Origin: a virus
Taxonomy: Duplodnaviria > Caudoviricetes
Length of the DNA: 45,850 nt
Virus record (IMG/VR): IMGVR_UViG_3300037420_001608
Location: 1-45,850 of that record
Strand: one strand, 5' to 3'
In this document: one piece after another, positions 8,986-18,574 of the stretch
Numbering within the stretch: the first letter of the stretch is position 1
Layout of the letters: the number at the start of each line of letters is the position of its first letter
Made by a program: the position numbers and the translations under genes
Notes under the pieces: generated by a model
Databases searched by the model: none
Told to the model about the DNA's origin: nothing
Seen by the model: only the letters and a program-made list of their open reading frames with translations

Positions 8986-9336
8986 ATGCCCAGAGGCTCC
9001 TCAGAGATCCGCGCCCTCTCCCGAGACCTGCGAGCACTCGGCCCCGAGGCGCGGAAGCGCGCCGGCGACGCCGTCGTCAAGGCCGTCGCCGACACCAAGC
9101 GCGACGCCAAGATCCTCGCGCCTGTCGACACCGGCGCGCTCCGAGCCAGCATCACCGGCACCACCACCCGCAACGTCCGCGGCGCGGTGGGCGAGGTCGG
9201 CCCCACCGTCGAGTACGGCATCTACGTCGAACTCGGCACCTCGACCCAGCCGGGCCAGCCGTACCTCGGGCCCGCGTTCGACCGGAACGAACCCCTCTTC
9301 GAGCAAGCCCTGCGCGGCATCGGGGAGCTCCAGTGA
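8986..9336 (+). CDS. HK97 gp10-family tail completion protein
   Basis: APVDTGALRASI...YGIYVELGTS...QPYLGPA signature. Confidence 0.92.
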   Translation: MPRGSSEIRALSRDLRALGPEARKRAGDAVVKAVADTKRDAKILAPVDTGALRASITGTTTRNVRGAVGEVGPTVEYGIYVELGTSTQPGQPYLGPAFDRNEPLFEQALRGIGELQ

Positions 9337-9749
9337 ACGTCGGCGAAGCCACCACCCGCGTCGAGCAGCTGCTCAAGGACGCCAACACCGGCAACCCCAC
9401 CCGGGTCGACGTCTTCGTCGGCGAACCCAAAGCCGTCATGGACTCCGACAGCAAGGCCCACGCCTACCTCGCGATCTTCCCCAGCCCCGGCGCCTTGTCC
9501 CTCGCAGACGCGGACCTCGCCGGCCACGGCGGCCCCCGCGACTGGCGGTTCCAGGTCACCGCCGCCGGCGGCGACGTCGCCCGCTGCATCAAGGCCGTGC
9601 AGCGCGCGCAGGACGTCCTCGTCGACATCCATCTGGACGACACCACCGGCATCGTCCGCGAGGACGGCGACCCCGGCCCGATCCGCCCGGACACGAGCAT
9701 CGCGCCCCTTCGCTGGTTCGTGCCGCTCCTCTTCGTCGTCGAGCTCTAA
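9333..9749 (+). CDS. Tail terminator
   Basis: GTGA overlap, FQVTAAG motif, position before the tail tube. Confidence 0.7.
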   Translation: MNVGEATTRVEQLLKDANTGNPTRVDVFVGEPKAVMDSDSKAHAYLAIFPSPGALSLADADLAGHGGPRDWRFQVTAAGGDVARCIKAVQRAQDVLVDIHLDDTTGIVREDGDPGPIRPDTSIAPLRWFVPLLFVVEL

Positions 9750-9791
9750 CCGCCGCTCGGCGCGACACCCCCGCCAAACAGGAGGCACCCC

Positions 9792-9998
9792 ATGCCCAAG
9801 TTCGTCGAGGCCGTCGCCAAGTCGACCGGCCGCAAGCAACGGATCCCCGCCGCCTGGCTGGACCACTCGGTCCTCGGCGACGACTTCCGCGAGACCCCGC
9901 GCAACACCGCGCGGAAGGCCGCCAAGACGGCAGCCACCCCGCCGTCGGCACCCGCCGACGACACCGACAACGCCCCGGTCACCGGGGACAAGGAGTGA
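9792..9998 (+). CDS. Small hypothetical virion-module protein
   Basis: AGGAGG RBS, 68 aa. Confidence 0.75.
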   Translation: MPKFVEAVAKSTGRKQRIPAAWLDHSVLGDDFRETPRNTARKAAKTAATPPSAPADDTDNAPVTGDKE

Positions 9999-10004
9999 TG
10001 ACAC

Positions 10005-10520
10005 ATGCCTCGCGTCCTCGCTGACGGCAAGACGAAGTTCACGATCCTCACCACCGAGCCGGCGGACCCGGAGGCGCCGACCGCGGCCGAGCTCAACGCG
10101 GGAATCGACCTGTCCTGCAAGGTCCTCGCGTCGGACTTCAACTGGTCCGCGACCGACTCGGACAAGATCTCGGAGCCCGCGCTCTGCGACGACGCCAACG
10201 CGAACAGCCTCGGCAAGTCCAACTACCAGGCCGGGTTCACGCTCTGGCGGTACTACCTCGACGGCGGCGGCGTCGACACGACCGCTGACGCGGGGTTCGC
10301 CGCGGTCAAGGAGAAGGGCGCCACCCTCTGGGGTTACGCCCGGCTCACCGACAAGGCGTCGACCGAGGTGTGGGCGACGAGCGACGAGATCTACCTCGGC
10401 GGCGAGTTCACCGTCGACACCCCGCAGCGGCCGAACGACAACGGCGGCTGGCTGAAGTGGCGCGTCCCGGCCGAGATGCAGCGCGCCTGGGACTTCATCA
10501 CCGTCGCCGCGGGCGCCTGA
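10005..10520 (+). CDS. Major tail (tube) protein
   Basis: PTAAELNAGIDLSC...EPALCD, typical of actinophage tail tubes. Confidence 0.88.
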   Translation: MPRVLADGKTKFTILTTEPADPEAPTAAELNAGIDLSCKVLASDFNWSATDSDKISEPALCDDANANSLGKSNYQAGFTLWRYYLDGGGVDTTADAGFAAVKEKGATLWGYARLTDKASTEVWATSDEIYLGGEFTVDTPQRPNDNGGWLKWRVPAEMQRAWDFITVAAGA

Positions 10521-10534
10521 CGCCCTCTCTGATC

Positions 10535-10590
10535 CTCGCCCGGTCCCGCGCTTTGCACGGGTCACGGGACCGGGCGAGTCAACCCGTGCA
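10535..10590 (+). promoter_or_regulatory. H-type pseudoknot upstream of the tail chaperone RBS
   Basis: 14-bp stem 10535-10548/10565-10578; loop TGCACGGGT (10554-10562) complementary to ACCCGTGCA (10582-10590). Confidence 0.6.
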
Positions 10591-10615
10591 GACCTGTGCA
10601 GCAAGGAGTTCCACC

Positions 10616-11158
10616 GTGACCACGTACAGCGACCTCGAGCGGCTGCTCGACGGCCTGCCCCTCGTCGAAGAGGACCACGTCTTCGCGCCCGTCGGGCCCG
10701 GCCTCTCCCCCGAGGTCATCCAGCTCATGAACGAGCGCGCCAACCTCCTCGAGCCGCGCAAGGACGACGAGGACGGCCCCGCCGACGAGCGAGCCCTCGG
10801 CGAGTCCTACACGGAGCGCCGCGACAGTCTCGACGAGCAGATCACCGAAGCCCTCGCCGAAGAGCACCCCGACGCTCCCCGCGTCCGGCTCCGCGGCCTG
10901 TCCGACGAGGACTTCACCGACGTCGCCGCCGAGGTGAACGCGATGCAGGTCGAGGGCAAGCCCCTCAGCCGTGACCGCGTCATCGTCGAGAGCAACCTGC
11001 GCTACGTCTCCCGCGCCATGGTCGCGCCGGAGATGAACCCGCAGGACGTACGGGTCCTGCGCAAGAAGCTGAACCAGGGCGAGTGGGCGCGGCTCCTCGA
11101 CCACGTGAACCGCCTGGCACGCTCCAACGCCGAGCAGGCCACCCTCCCAAACTCCTAG
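10616..11158 (+). CDS. Tail assembly chaperone (gpG-like)
   Basis: AAGGAG RBS then GTG 10616; lies between tail tube and tape measure; slippery site at its end. Confidence 0.85.
   Translation: MTTYSDLERLLDGLPLVEEDHVFAPVGPGLSPEVIQLMNERANLLEPRKDDEDGPADERALGESYTERRDSLDEQITEALAEEHPDAPRVRLRGLSDEDFTDVAAEVNAMQVEGKPLSRDRVIVESNLRYVSRAMVAPEMNPQDVRVLRKKLNQGEWARLLDHVNRLARSNAEQATLPNS
11146..11152 (+). other. Programmed -1 frameshift site C CCA AAC
   Basis: X XXY YYZ heptamer one sense codon before TAG; the -1 frame is open to 11514. Confidence 0.85.
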
Positions 11159-11514
11159 AGCACCTGGCGAGCCCGGGCGGGCACGAGATGCTCCTGGAGC
11201 TCCGCGTCGCCCGGGCCTGGCAGGTGCCGCCCACGAAGCTGCGCGAGTGGTCTCAGGAGGACCGCAACATGGCCGCTGCCCTGCTTGCGCACGAGGCGGA
11301 CCTTGGACCCTGCGGCTTCCCGCACCGCGTCACGACCGACCCGGACCTCGACGGCTGGATCGACATCGACGAGGAGAACGCGAAGGTCTGCGTCGCGTGC
11401 GCCGCCCTCGACAGGTACCGCGACGACACCCCGCCGGACCGGCGCGAACCCGGCCAGCTCGTCCAGCTCGTCGACAACCGGCACCTGATGAACCGACGTG
11501 AGGAGCGCCCGTGA
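11152..11514 (+). CDS. Frameshifted chaperone extension (gpT-like)
   Basis: -1 frame reads LLEHLASPGG...WSQEDRNMAAALL...PCG...CVAC; stop overlaps the tape measure start. Confidence 0.8.
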   Translation, partial: LLEHLASPGGHEMLLELRVARAWQVPPTKLREWSQEDRNMAAALLAHEADLGPCGFPHRVTTDPDLDGWIDIDEENAKVCVACAALDRYRDDTPPDRREPGQLVQLVDNRHLMNRREERP

Positions 11515-14500
11515 CGATCCGCAACGTCTCCGTCCGGTACTCCGCCTCGATGGGCGCGCTGTTGCGGGATCTCGACCGGGCCGCGTCCGCCAATGACCGG
11601 CTGGCCGACTCCAGCGACCGGGCGGCGAAGAAAGGCGAGGACTCCGCCAACAAGCTCGCCAAGGGAGGCGCGGTCATCGCGCTCGGCCTCGGTGTGGCTA
11701 TCGCGAAGTTCGCCGAGTTTGACTCCCAGATGTCGGCCGTCGGCGCGGCCACAGGCAAGACCGGCGAGGAACTCGACAGTCTCCGTGACGCTGCGGTCCG
11801 GGCTGGCGCTGACACGCAGTACAGCGCGACCCAGGCGGCCTCGGCCATCACCGAGCTGTCGAAGGCCGGCCTCGACGCGACAGATATCCTCGGCGGCGGG
11901 CTCACCGGCGCCCTGAACCTGGCCGCGGCCGGGCAGATGGACACGGCCGACGCGGCCGAGACCATGGCCACCGCCCTCGCCCAGTTCAACCTCGAAGGCG
12001 CTCAAGCCTCCCATGTGGCCGACCTGCTCGCCGCCGGCGCAGGCAAGGCCCAGGGCTCCGTCTCCGACATGGGCATGGCCCTCAAGCAGGCCGGGCTCGT
12101 CGCGAACCAGACTGGCCTGTCCGTCGAGGAGACCACGACCGGCCTGACCGCGTTCGCCAACGCCGGCCTCATCGGCTCCGACGCCGGCACCGCGTTCAAG
12201 TCGATGCTGCAGCGACTCACACCCCAGTCCGACGAGGCCGCCGCGCTCATGGAGGAGCTCGGCATCTCCGCCTACGACGCGCAGGGCAACTTCATCGGCC
12301 TCGAGAAGTACGCCGGGGTCCTCCGCAAGGGCCTCGAGCGGCTCACCCCACAGCAGCGGAACGCTGCCCTCTCCACGATCTTCGGGTCGGACGCTGTCCG
12401 CGCGGCCGCGGTCATCTACGACGAGGGCGCCACCGGCATCGCGAAGTGGACCGAGGAGGTCAACCAGCAGGGGTACGCCGCGAAGCAGGCCGCAGCCCTG
12501 ACGGACAACCTCAAGGGCGACGTCGAGCGACTCGGCGGCGCCTTCGACACGGCCCTCATCCAGGGCGGGTCCGGCGCCAACGACACCCTCCGCTCACTCG
12601 TGCAGACCACCGAGAGCCTCGTCGAGGTCGTCGGTCAGATCCCCGGCCCGGTCCTCGCTGGAGCTGCCGCATTCGGTGCCGTCGCGCTCGTCGGGCCGAA
12701 GGTCAGCAACCTGGCCAGGACCGTCACGGGCCCGTTGACGGGCGGGCTGGCTCGCTTCCGCGAGGAGATGGCGTTGCATCGCGCCCTCGCCACTCAGGTG
12801 ACGGGCGGCTATCAGCGTCTCGGCGATGAGTCTGTCGTCGCCTCGGGCAAGGTCAGCAAGTCGGCTGTGGCCATGTCGGCCGCCCGCTCCACCATCGGCG
12901 GCCTCAAGGGCGCCGCGTCCGGCCTCGTCGGGGCGCTCGGCGGCCCGTGGGGCATCGCTCTCGCGGGCGCTACGGTGGCTATCGGGATCTGGGCGCAGCG
13001 GCAGGCAGAGGCCAGGGCCGCCGCGGACGCCCTCAACGCGACGGTCGAGGAGCAGACCGGGAAGTTCACCAAGGGCTCGCACGAAACCGTGCTCTCGGCG
13101 TTCTCGGACGCGCTGTCGCCAGAAGACACTGCCCGGATCCAGGAGCTCGGCGTCAACCTTGCAGACGCCGCCGACGCAGCCCTCAAGGGCGGCCCAGCGT
13201 TCACCGTCTACCGGGAGAACCTGCGCCGACTCGCCGAGGAGAAGGCCGGCGTCTTCGGCAACAGCGACTCCCGGCTCCTCGATGCATTCACCAACGCCCT
13301 CGACGTGCAGGCCGGTGCCGTCGACGCCGTCCGGGTCAAGCAGGAGCTCCTCAATGACGCCCGCAACCGCGACGCCGTCGCGACCTCCCGGCAGGCCGGG
13401 TCCGCCGCGGCAGCCGAGGGCAACATGGACCGGCTCGGCGGCGCCATCGACGGCGTCACCAGCTCGTCCTCCACCGGGCAGGGCGCCGTCGACGGCATGG
13501 CCGGCAGCATCCAGGGAATGGGTGGCGACGCCGAGGACGCCGAGACGCAGCTGCAGGGCCTCATGGACCTCATCGACACCTTCGCCGGCGGCGAACGGGC
13601 CCTTCGCGCCTCGGAGCGGGCGTTCCGCCAGTCCGTCCGTGACGCGGTCGAGGGCGCTACCGACAAGGGCGGCAACGACCCGGACGCGGTCAAGGCGCAG
13701 GCCAGGGCCACCGAGGACCTCCGCGACGCTGAGGATCGGCTCGCGAAGGCCCGGAAGAGCGGCAAGAAGGACTCGATCGCGTCCGCGCAGAAGGCGGTCA
13801 AGGACGCCCAGGAGCGGCTCGCCGACGCGAACCAACGGGTCGCGGACACCTACGTCAGCGCCTCAGAGGCGCAGGACGTGTTCGAGGGGAAGCTCGACGA
13901 GGTCGCCGAGACCGGCGAGAAGCGCATCAAGCAGCTGATCACCGAGAACGCCGACATGCACACCGTCACCGCTGCCTACGAGGAGACCCGCGCGGCCATC
14001 ATCAAGGCGCTCAACCTTCGGGGCATCCACGGGAAGGCCGCCGAGGATGAGGCGGACAAGATCTTCCTGACGCGGGACGAGATGCTCAAGCTCAACGAGC
14101 AGTACGAGCAGACCCCAGGGCAGGTGGCGACATCGATCACCACCCCGGGCCTGCCGGAGGCGAAGAAGGGCGTCGAGGGCTACTGGGAGGTCATCAACGG
14201 CGTCCCGACGTTCAAGCCGACGACGGTCACCACGCCCGGCATCGAGGGCGCGACGTCGCGGCTCCAGGGCGTGTGGGAGGTCACCAACGGCATCCCCCGG
14301 TTCATCCCGGTCACGGTCGCGGTGAGCGTCACGAGCAGCGTCAGCGGCCAGGCCGCGGCCATCTTCGGCGCGATCGGGCAGACCGCGCGCGGCATCTTCG
14401 AAGCCAACGGCGGCCTCGTCACCGCCTATGCCGGCGGCGGGATCGGCTACTCGCCTGACGTCGCGAACGCACACGTCGCGCACATCGCGCCCGCCGGGTC

Positions 14501-14846
14501 GTACCGCGTCTTCGGGGAGAAGGAGACGCAGGGCGAGGGCTACGTGCCGCTGGCGAACGACTGGCGTCGGCCACGCGCGAAGGCCATCACGCAGCAGATC
14601 GTCTCCCGGTTCGGCGGCGACGTCACCTGGCACGCCGCCGGATCCATCACCGCCAGCTCCCTGGGCGGAAGTCCCGGCCTGACCGCCGCCGACGTCCGGA
14701 CGATCGTCGCGAGCATGCCCCGCATGACCGACCGCGACATCGACCGCACCGGAGCCGCGTTCGCCCGACGCCTGGTCGAGGTGCTGCCGAACACGCCCCT
14801 CAACGTCGACGTCGCAGACGTCCAAGCTGCCGCGATCGGAAGGTGA
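11511..14846 (+). CDS. Tape measure protein
   Basis: 1111 aa, Ala/Gly-rich, TP901-family core (FDSQMSAV...TQYSATQAA...GSDAGTAFKSML). Confidence 0.96.
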   Translation: MTIRNVSVRYSASMGALLRDLDRAASANDRLADSSDRAAKKGEDSANKLAKGGAVIALGLGVAIAKFAEFDSQMSAVGAATGKTGEELDSLRDAAVRAGADTQYSATQAASAITELSKAGLDATDILGGGLTGALNLAAAGQMDTADAAETMATALAQFNLEGAQASHVADLLAAGAGKAQGSVSDMGMALKQAGLVANQTGLSVEETTTGLTAFANAGLIGSDAGTAFKSMLQRLTPQSDEAAALMEELGISAYDAQGNFIGLEKYAGVLRKGLERLTPQQRNAALSTIFGSDAVRAAAVIYDEGATGIAKWTEEVNQQGYAAKQAAALTDNLKGDVERLGGAFDTALIQGGSGANDTLRSLVQTTESLVEVVGQIPGPVLAGAAAFGAVALVGPKVSNLARTVTGPLTGGLARFREEMALHRALATQVTGGYQRLGDESVVASGKVSKSAVAMSAARSTIGGLKGAASGLVGALGGPWGIALAGATVAIGIWAQRQAEARAAADALNATVEEQTGKFTKGSHETVLSAFSDALSPEDTARIQELGVNLADAADAALKGGPAFTVYRENLRRLAEEKAGVFGNSDSRLLDAFTNALDVQAGAVDAVRVKQELLNDARNRDAVATSRQAGSAAAAEGNMDRLGGAIDGVTSSSSTGQGAVDGMAGSIQGMGGDAEDAETQLQGLMDLIDTFAGGERALRASERAFRQSVRDAVEGATDKGGNDPDAVKAQARATEDLRDAEDRLAKARKSGKKDSIASAQKAVKDAQERLADANQRVADTYVSASEAQDVFEGKLDEVAETGEKRIKQLITENADMHTVTAAYEETRAAIIKALNLRGIHGKAAEDEADKIFLTRDEMLKLNEQYEQTPGQVATSITTPGLPEAKKGVEGYWEVINGVPTFKPTTVTTPGIEGATSRLQGVWEVTNGIPRFIPVTVAVSVTSSVSGQAAAIFGAIGQTARGIFEANGGLVTAYAGGGIGYSPDVANAHVAHIAPAGSYRVFGEKETQGEGYVPLANDWRRPRAKAITQQIVSRFGGDVTWHAAGSITASSLGGSPGLTAADVRTIVASMPRMTDRDIDRTGAAFARRLVEVLPNTPLNVDVADVQAAAIGR

Positions 14847-14849
14847 CCC

Positions 14850-15620
14850 GTGGCCCACCCAGTCATCGAGTTCGCCGGAAGGACCTTCAACTCCGAGGTG
14901 CCCGACGCCGACGGGTGCCGATGGAACATGCCGATCCCGAAGGGCTGGACCCGCCCCGCCCAACAGGTCGACATCGTCGAGCCCACAACCAACCCCGGCG
15001 GATCGCAGGCGATCAACCGTCGCAAGCCCTGGCCGCTGGTCGCCCGCTGGATCGTCCGGGCCCCGAACCGCGCGGCCGCCTACGCCGCATGGGAGCGTTC
15101 GCAGGAGATGCCCGGCTTCGGACTGGACCGGACAGCCGTGATGCTGGTCCGCACACCGACACCGACCTGGCTCCGAGTCCTGCAGACGGACGTCGACGTC
15201 GACGAGCCGATTGACGGCCGCCTCGTCATCGCCGAGGTCGAACTGCTTGCGCTGTACCCGTTCAAGCGCGGCGAGATTGAGCGCTCGGTGTCGATCGCGC
15301 CCGGCGAGACGAAGACGCTGACGAACGCAGGCACCCAGGCGGCCGCGCTCTTCATCACCACGACCGGCGCGGGCCTCGTGCAGCTGCAGCAGAACACATC
15401 CGGGCAGGTGCTGCGGACCCGCTCGAGCGTCGTAACCGGGACCGTCTTCGACTGCTTCATGCAGTCCGTCACGACCTCAGCGGGGCTCGAGATCTTCCCG
15501 ATGGGCTCGCCGTCGGAGTGGCTGGCGATCCCAGGCGGCACCATCGACACCCCAGCCGATACGGACATCACCAACCAGGGCGCCGCGCCGGTCGACGTCA
15601 CTTGGTACGACACCTACTGA
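14850..15620 (+). CDS. Distal tail (Dit-like) protein
   Basis: 256 aa immediately after the tape measure; C-terminus ...VTWYDTY. Confidence 0.7.
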   Translation: MAHPVIEFAGRTFNSEVPDADGCRWNMPIPKGWTRPAQQVDIVEPTTNPGGSQAINRRKPWPLVARWIVRAPNRAAAYAAWERSQEMPGFGLDRTAVMLVRTPTPTWLRVLQTDVDVDEPIDGRLVIAEVELLALYPFKRGEIERSVSIAPGETKTLTNAGTQAAALFITTTGAGLVQLQQNTSGQVLRTRSSVVTGTVFDCFMQSVTTSAGLEIFPMGSPSEWLAIPGGTIDTPADTDITNQGAAPVDVTWYDTY

Positions 15621-15631
15621 GAGGGGTCCTC

Positions 15632-16003
15632 GTGGACATCTTCGCCCTGTTGGTCCTCGCGAAGTACATCGCCGGCAAGGAGTCCCCGCCGGACATGCCG
15701 ACGTACTACGCGACGTTTGCGAACGCCGGCGCCGAGGTGCCGGGGATCGTGCGGGCCCCGTTCTACTTGGCCGACCCGGACGTCATCTCCGACACGGAGA
15801 TCCTGCTCTCGAACGAGACGCCGATCTCGATCGATACCCCGGACGGCACTGCCGACGAGGTGTGGGTGTACGACGCCGCGTCTGGCGGGAACCGCTGGTT
15901 CAAGGAGCCGATCACGGGCGGGCCGATCACCCTCGTCGACGGCGGCAACAAGACATTCGCTGTCGGCGACTTCAGCCACACCATCGAAGCCCTCGCGGCC
16001 TGA
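15632..16003 (+). CDS. Small minor tail protein
   Basis: GAGGGG RBS, GTG start; VYDAASGGN...TFAVGD motif. Confidence 0.7.
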   Translation: MDIFALLVLAKYIAGKESPPDMPTYYATFANAGAEVPGIVRAPFYLADPDVISDTEILLSNETPISIDTPDGTADEVWVYDAASGGNRWFKEPITGGPITLVDGGNKTFAVGDFSHTIEALAA

Positions 16004-16031
16004 GAACCGCTGAGCCACAAGGAGACTCGAC

Positions 16032-16421
16032 ATGTCCTACACGCTTCCCGACGCCGAGAAGAACTACCTCGCCGACCAGCAGGCAGCGCGCATCACGCAC
16101 TTCTCGATCCACACCGCGGACCCGGGCACCACGGGCGCGAGCGAGGCGTCAGGCGGCGGTTACGCCCGAGTGGCGTCGAACTTCAACGCGGCCGGCGCGG
16201 CTGGCCCGCTCGGTTCGACGCTGCAGCCCGCCACCGCAGGCGCGGCATGGGGTTCCATGACGCCGACGGTCGCGGCTGGCACGTACACGCACACGGGCGG
16301 CTGGTCCGCATCGAGCGCCGGCACGTTCCGGGGCGGCGGCTCCCTCAGCGCTTCCATCGTCATGGCCTCTGGCGGCGCTACCCCGGCCATCTCGATCAAG
16401 GTGGGCCCGGGCGTTTCCTGA
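16032..16421 (+). CDS. Small minor tail protein, likely paralog of the previous gene
   Basis: IHTADPGTTGASEASGGGYAR...THTGGWSASSAGTF motif. Confidence 0.75.
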   Translation: MSYTLPDAEKNYLADQQAARITHFSIHTADPGTTGASEASGGGYARVASNFNAAGAAGPLGSTLQPATAGAAWGSMTPTVAAGTYTHTGGWSASSAGTFRGGGSLSASIVMASGGATPAISIKVGPGVS

Positions 16422-16436
16422 CGAGTCACGAGCCGT

Positions 16437-16577
16437 TCAGTAGGCGTTGCGGTCTCGCCACTCCAGGTGGCACGTCTGGCGGTCGCACACGACATCACCG
16501 TCGGTCGGCCTCCCGCAGATGTCGCAGGACGCGTAGCGCGAAGTCCACCCGGCGCGCAACCAGCTGATCAAAGACAC
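16437..16577 (-). CDS. 46-aa Cys-rich protein (MSLISWLRAGWTSRYASCDICGRPTDGDVVCDRQTCHLEWRDRNAY)
   Basis: CATACT -10 hexamer 6 nt before the GTG; CxxC...CxxxxC; fills an intergenic gap. Confidence 0.6.
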   Translation of the reverse strand: MSLISWLRAGWTSRYASCDICGRPTDGDVVCDRQTCHLEWRDRNAY

Positions 16578-16639
16578 CCCCCGAGTATGCCGCGTGCTGC
16601 GCAGCGGCCTGCTCGGAATCGCGACATTCGGGAGAGAAG

Positions 16640-16855
16640 ATGCCATACACCGCGAAGACTTGGGCCGACGACGCTGCCGGCGGCACGCCCATCATGGCGG
16701 CGGATCTCAACAACCTCGAGCTGCGCGCGCCGATTCTCGTCTACGCCTCCGGTGCGTATCCGACGCGCCCCACTGGGGCCGTGTCCGCGCTCTACATCGG
16801 GCCAGTGCAGCCCACGACCTGGGAGTCCAACGACCGCTGGATGGACAACTCCTGA
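16640..16855 (+). CDS. Small tail-fibre adaptor-like protein
   Basis: MPYTAKTWAD...GTPIMAADLNNLE N-terminus typical of actinophage fibres; coupled to the next gene. Confidence 0.7.
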   Translation: MPYTAKTWADDAAGGTPIMAADLNNLELRAPILVYASGAYPTRPTGAVSALYIGPVQPTTWESNDRWMDNS

Positions 16856-18561
16856 TGGCCTACAACCTGAGCAGCCTGCGGGGGTCGCCATCGTTCGCCG
16901 GGGCCGGCAAGTTCGGCTCCGCGTCGCTCTCGGGCGGCGTGTTGAACAACAGCACCGCCGACGCGAGCCTCTCGGCGACCGGGGCCAATGGCGGCGCCCT
17001 GACCTCCGGAACGGTCGAGGCGTGGGTGAAGGCCGCGAACGACGGGTCGATTCGCGTCGCCTTCGGACATGCCCAGTGGTTCTGGGTCGGCAAGGACTCG
17101 AGCGGCAACGCGCAGGCCCGATACGGCAGCGCGGTCGGCGAGACCACCCTCTCGTCAACTACTGCAATCGCCGACAATGCCTGGCACCACATCGCCCTCG
17201 ACCTGAACAGCGGCGCGGGCAGCCTCTACGTCGACGGCACTCGAGTCGCAACCTCAGCGACCACGCGCAGCACCGGAACGCCGACCACCGCGGCAGGATT
17301 CTGCGTCGGCGGCTTCGGCGAGTCCGGCGACTCGACGACCGCGTTCGACTGGAACGGCTCCGTCGACGACGTTCGCATCTCCACGACCCGTCGCTACACC
17401 GGCACCACCTACACCGTGCCGGCCGCAGCCCACACGGACAGCACCCTCGACACTGCCGCTCGCGCCCTGTACCACCTCGACGGCAACGGCACCGACACGG
17501 CTCAGACCGCCAGCCCGGTAACGATCAACCCCAACGACACCGGCATCCTCTACTCCCCCTACAACTGGGTCGTCGCGTCCGGGCTGGCCGAGTCGATCAA
17601 CGCCGGCGCCTACCTCAAGACCATCATCACCGGCTCGCCGGCCGCCATCTCGCTCTCGTTCGACATGACAAACGTGAGCTCACCAGTCCCGCAGATCGCG
17701 TACCGTGTCGATCACGGACCGTGGACGGTCGCCGCTGTCGCCAGCAGCGTGTCCCTCACCATGCCGAGCGGGAACGCCTGGACGAAGCACCTGATCGAGG
17801 TCGTCGTGAAGTCCACCACCGAGACCGTGAACCGATGGAATTCGACGCGCAATGCGTCGGTGAAGCTCACGGGGATCGTCACCGACTCGATCACCGCGAC
17901 GGCGGTGAAACCGACCGTCCGTGCGCTTCGGGTCCTCGTCTTCGGCGACTCGATCACCGAAGGCGTGCGCACGCTCAACTCGACCGCGTCCAACGACACG
18001 GACCGCAACGACGCCCAGCAGGGCTGGGCATGGCAGCTCGCCGAGAGCCTCGGCGCCGAGGTTGGCGTGGTCGGCTTCGGCGGCACCGGCATCAGCACCT
18101 CCGGATCCGGGAACGTACCGGCCCTCTCGACGTCATACGCGCTCATGTGGTCCGGGACGTCGCGCTCGTTCAGCACTTCCCCCGACTTGGTCGTGCTGAA
18201 CATCGGCACGAACGACGGATCGACGAACACAACGACGGCGATGACGGGCCTGCTCGACGCGCTGCTGTCCGCCACGACGGCGCGGATCGTCGTTCTACGG
18301 CCGTTCGGTGGCACCGCCCAGGCTGCGTACCTGCAGGCCGCCGTCGCAGCGTGCACAGACCCCAAGCGCGTCACCTATGTCGACACCGCCGGCTGGTGGT
18401 CATCCACAGACAGCAGCGACGGAACGCACCCCTATGGCTACGCGAACGTCGAGACGCTCGCGCCACTCGTCGCGTCTGCGGCCCGAACCGCACTAGCGCG
18501 GGGGGCGACCTGGATCAACGTCGGAGGCGTCGCGAAGGCCGCTTCCATCATCCGCCGATGA
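16855..18561 (+). CDS. LamG (concanavalin-like) + SGNH/GDSL esterase tail-module protein
   Basis: TVEAWVK...WHHIAL...LYVDG...GSVDDVRIS (LamG); VFGDSITEG, GFGGTG, NIGTND, DGTHP (SGNH blocks I, II, III, V). Confidence 0.88.
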   Translation: MAYNLSSLRGSPSFAGAGKFGSASLSGGVLNNSTADASLSATGANGGALTSGTVEAWVKAANDGSIRVAFGHAQWFWVGKDSSGNAQARYGSAVGETTLSSTTAIADNAWHHIALDLNSGAGSLYVDGTRVATSATTRSTGTPTTAAGFCVGGFGESGDSTTAFDWNGSVDDVRISTTRRYTGTTYTVPAAAHTDSTLDTAARALYHLDGNGTDTAQTASPVTINPNDTGILYSPYNWVVASGLAESINAGAYLKTIITGSPAAISLSFDMTNVSSPVPQIAYRVDHGPWTVAAVASSVSLTMPSGNAWTKHLIEVVVKSTTETVNRWNSTRNASVKLTGIVTDSITATAVKPTVRALRVLVFGDSITEGVRTLNSTASNDTDRNDAQQGWAWQLAESLGAEVGVVGFGGTGISTSGSGNVPALSTSYALMWSGTSRSFSTSPDLVVLNIGTNDGSTNTTTAMTGLLDALLSATTARIVVLRPFGGTAQAAYLQAAVAACTDPKRVTYVDTAGWWSSTDSSDGTHPYGYANVETLAPLVASAARTALARGATWINVGGVAKAASIIRR

Positions 18562-18574
18562 CAGGGAGGGCCCG

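Noticed and set aside
14130-14330. Two 30-aa tandem repeats in the tape measure C-terminal region
   Set aside because: Real, but ordinary for tape measure proteins
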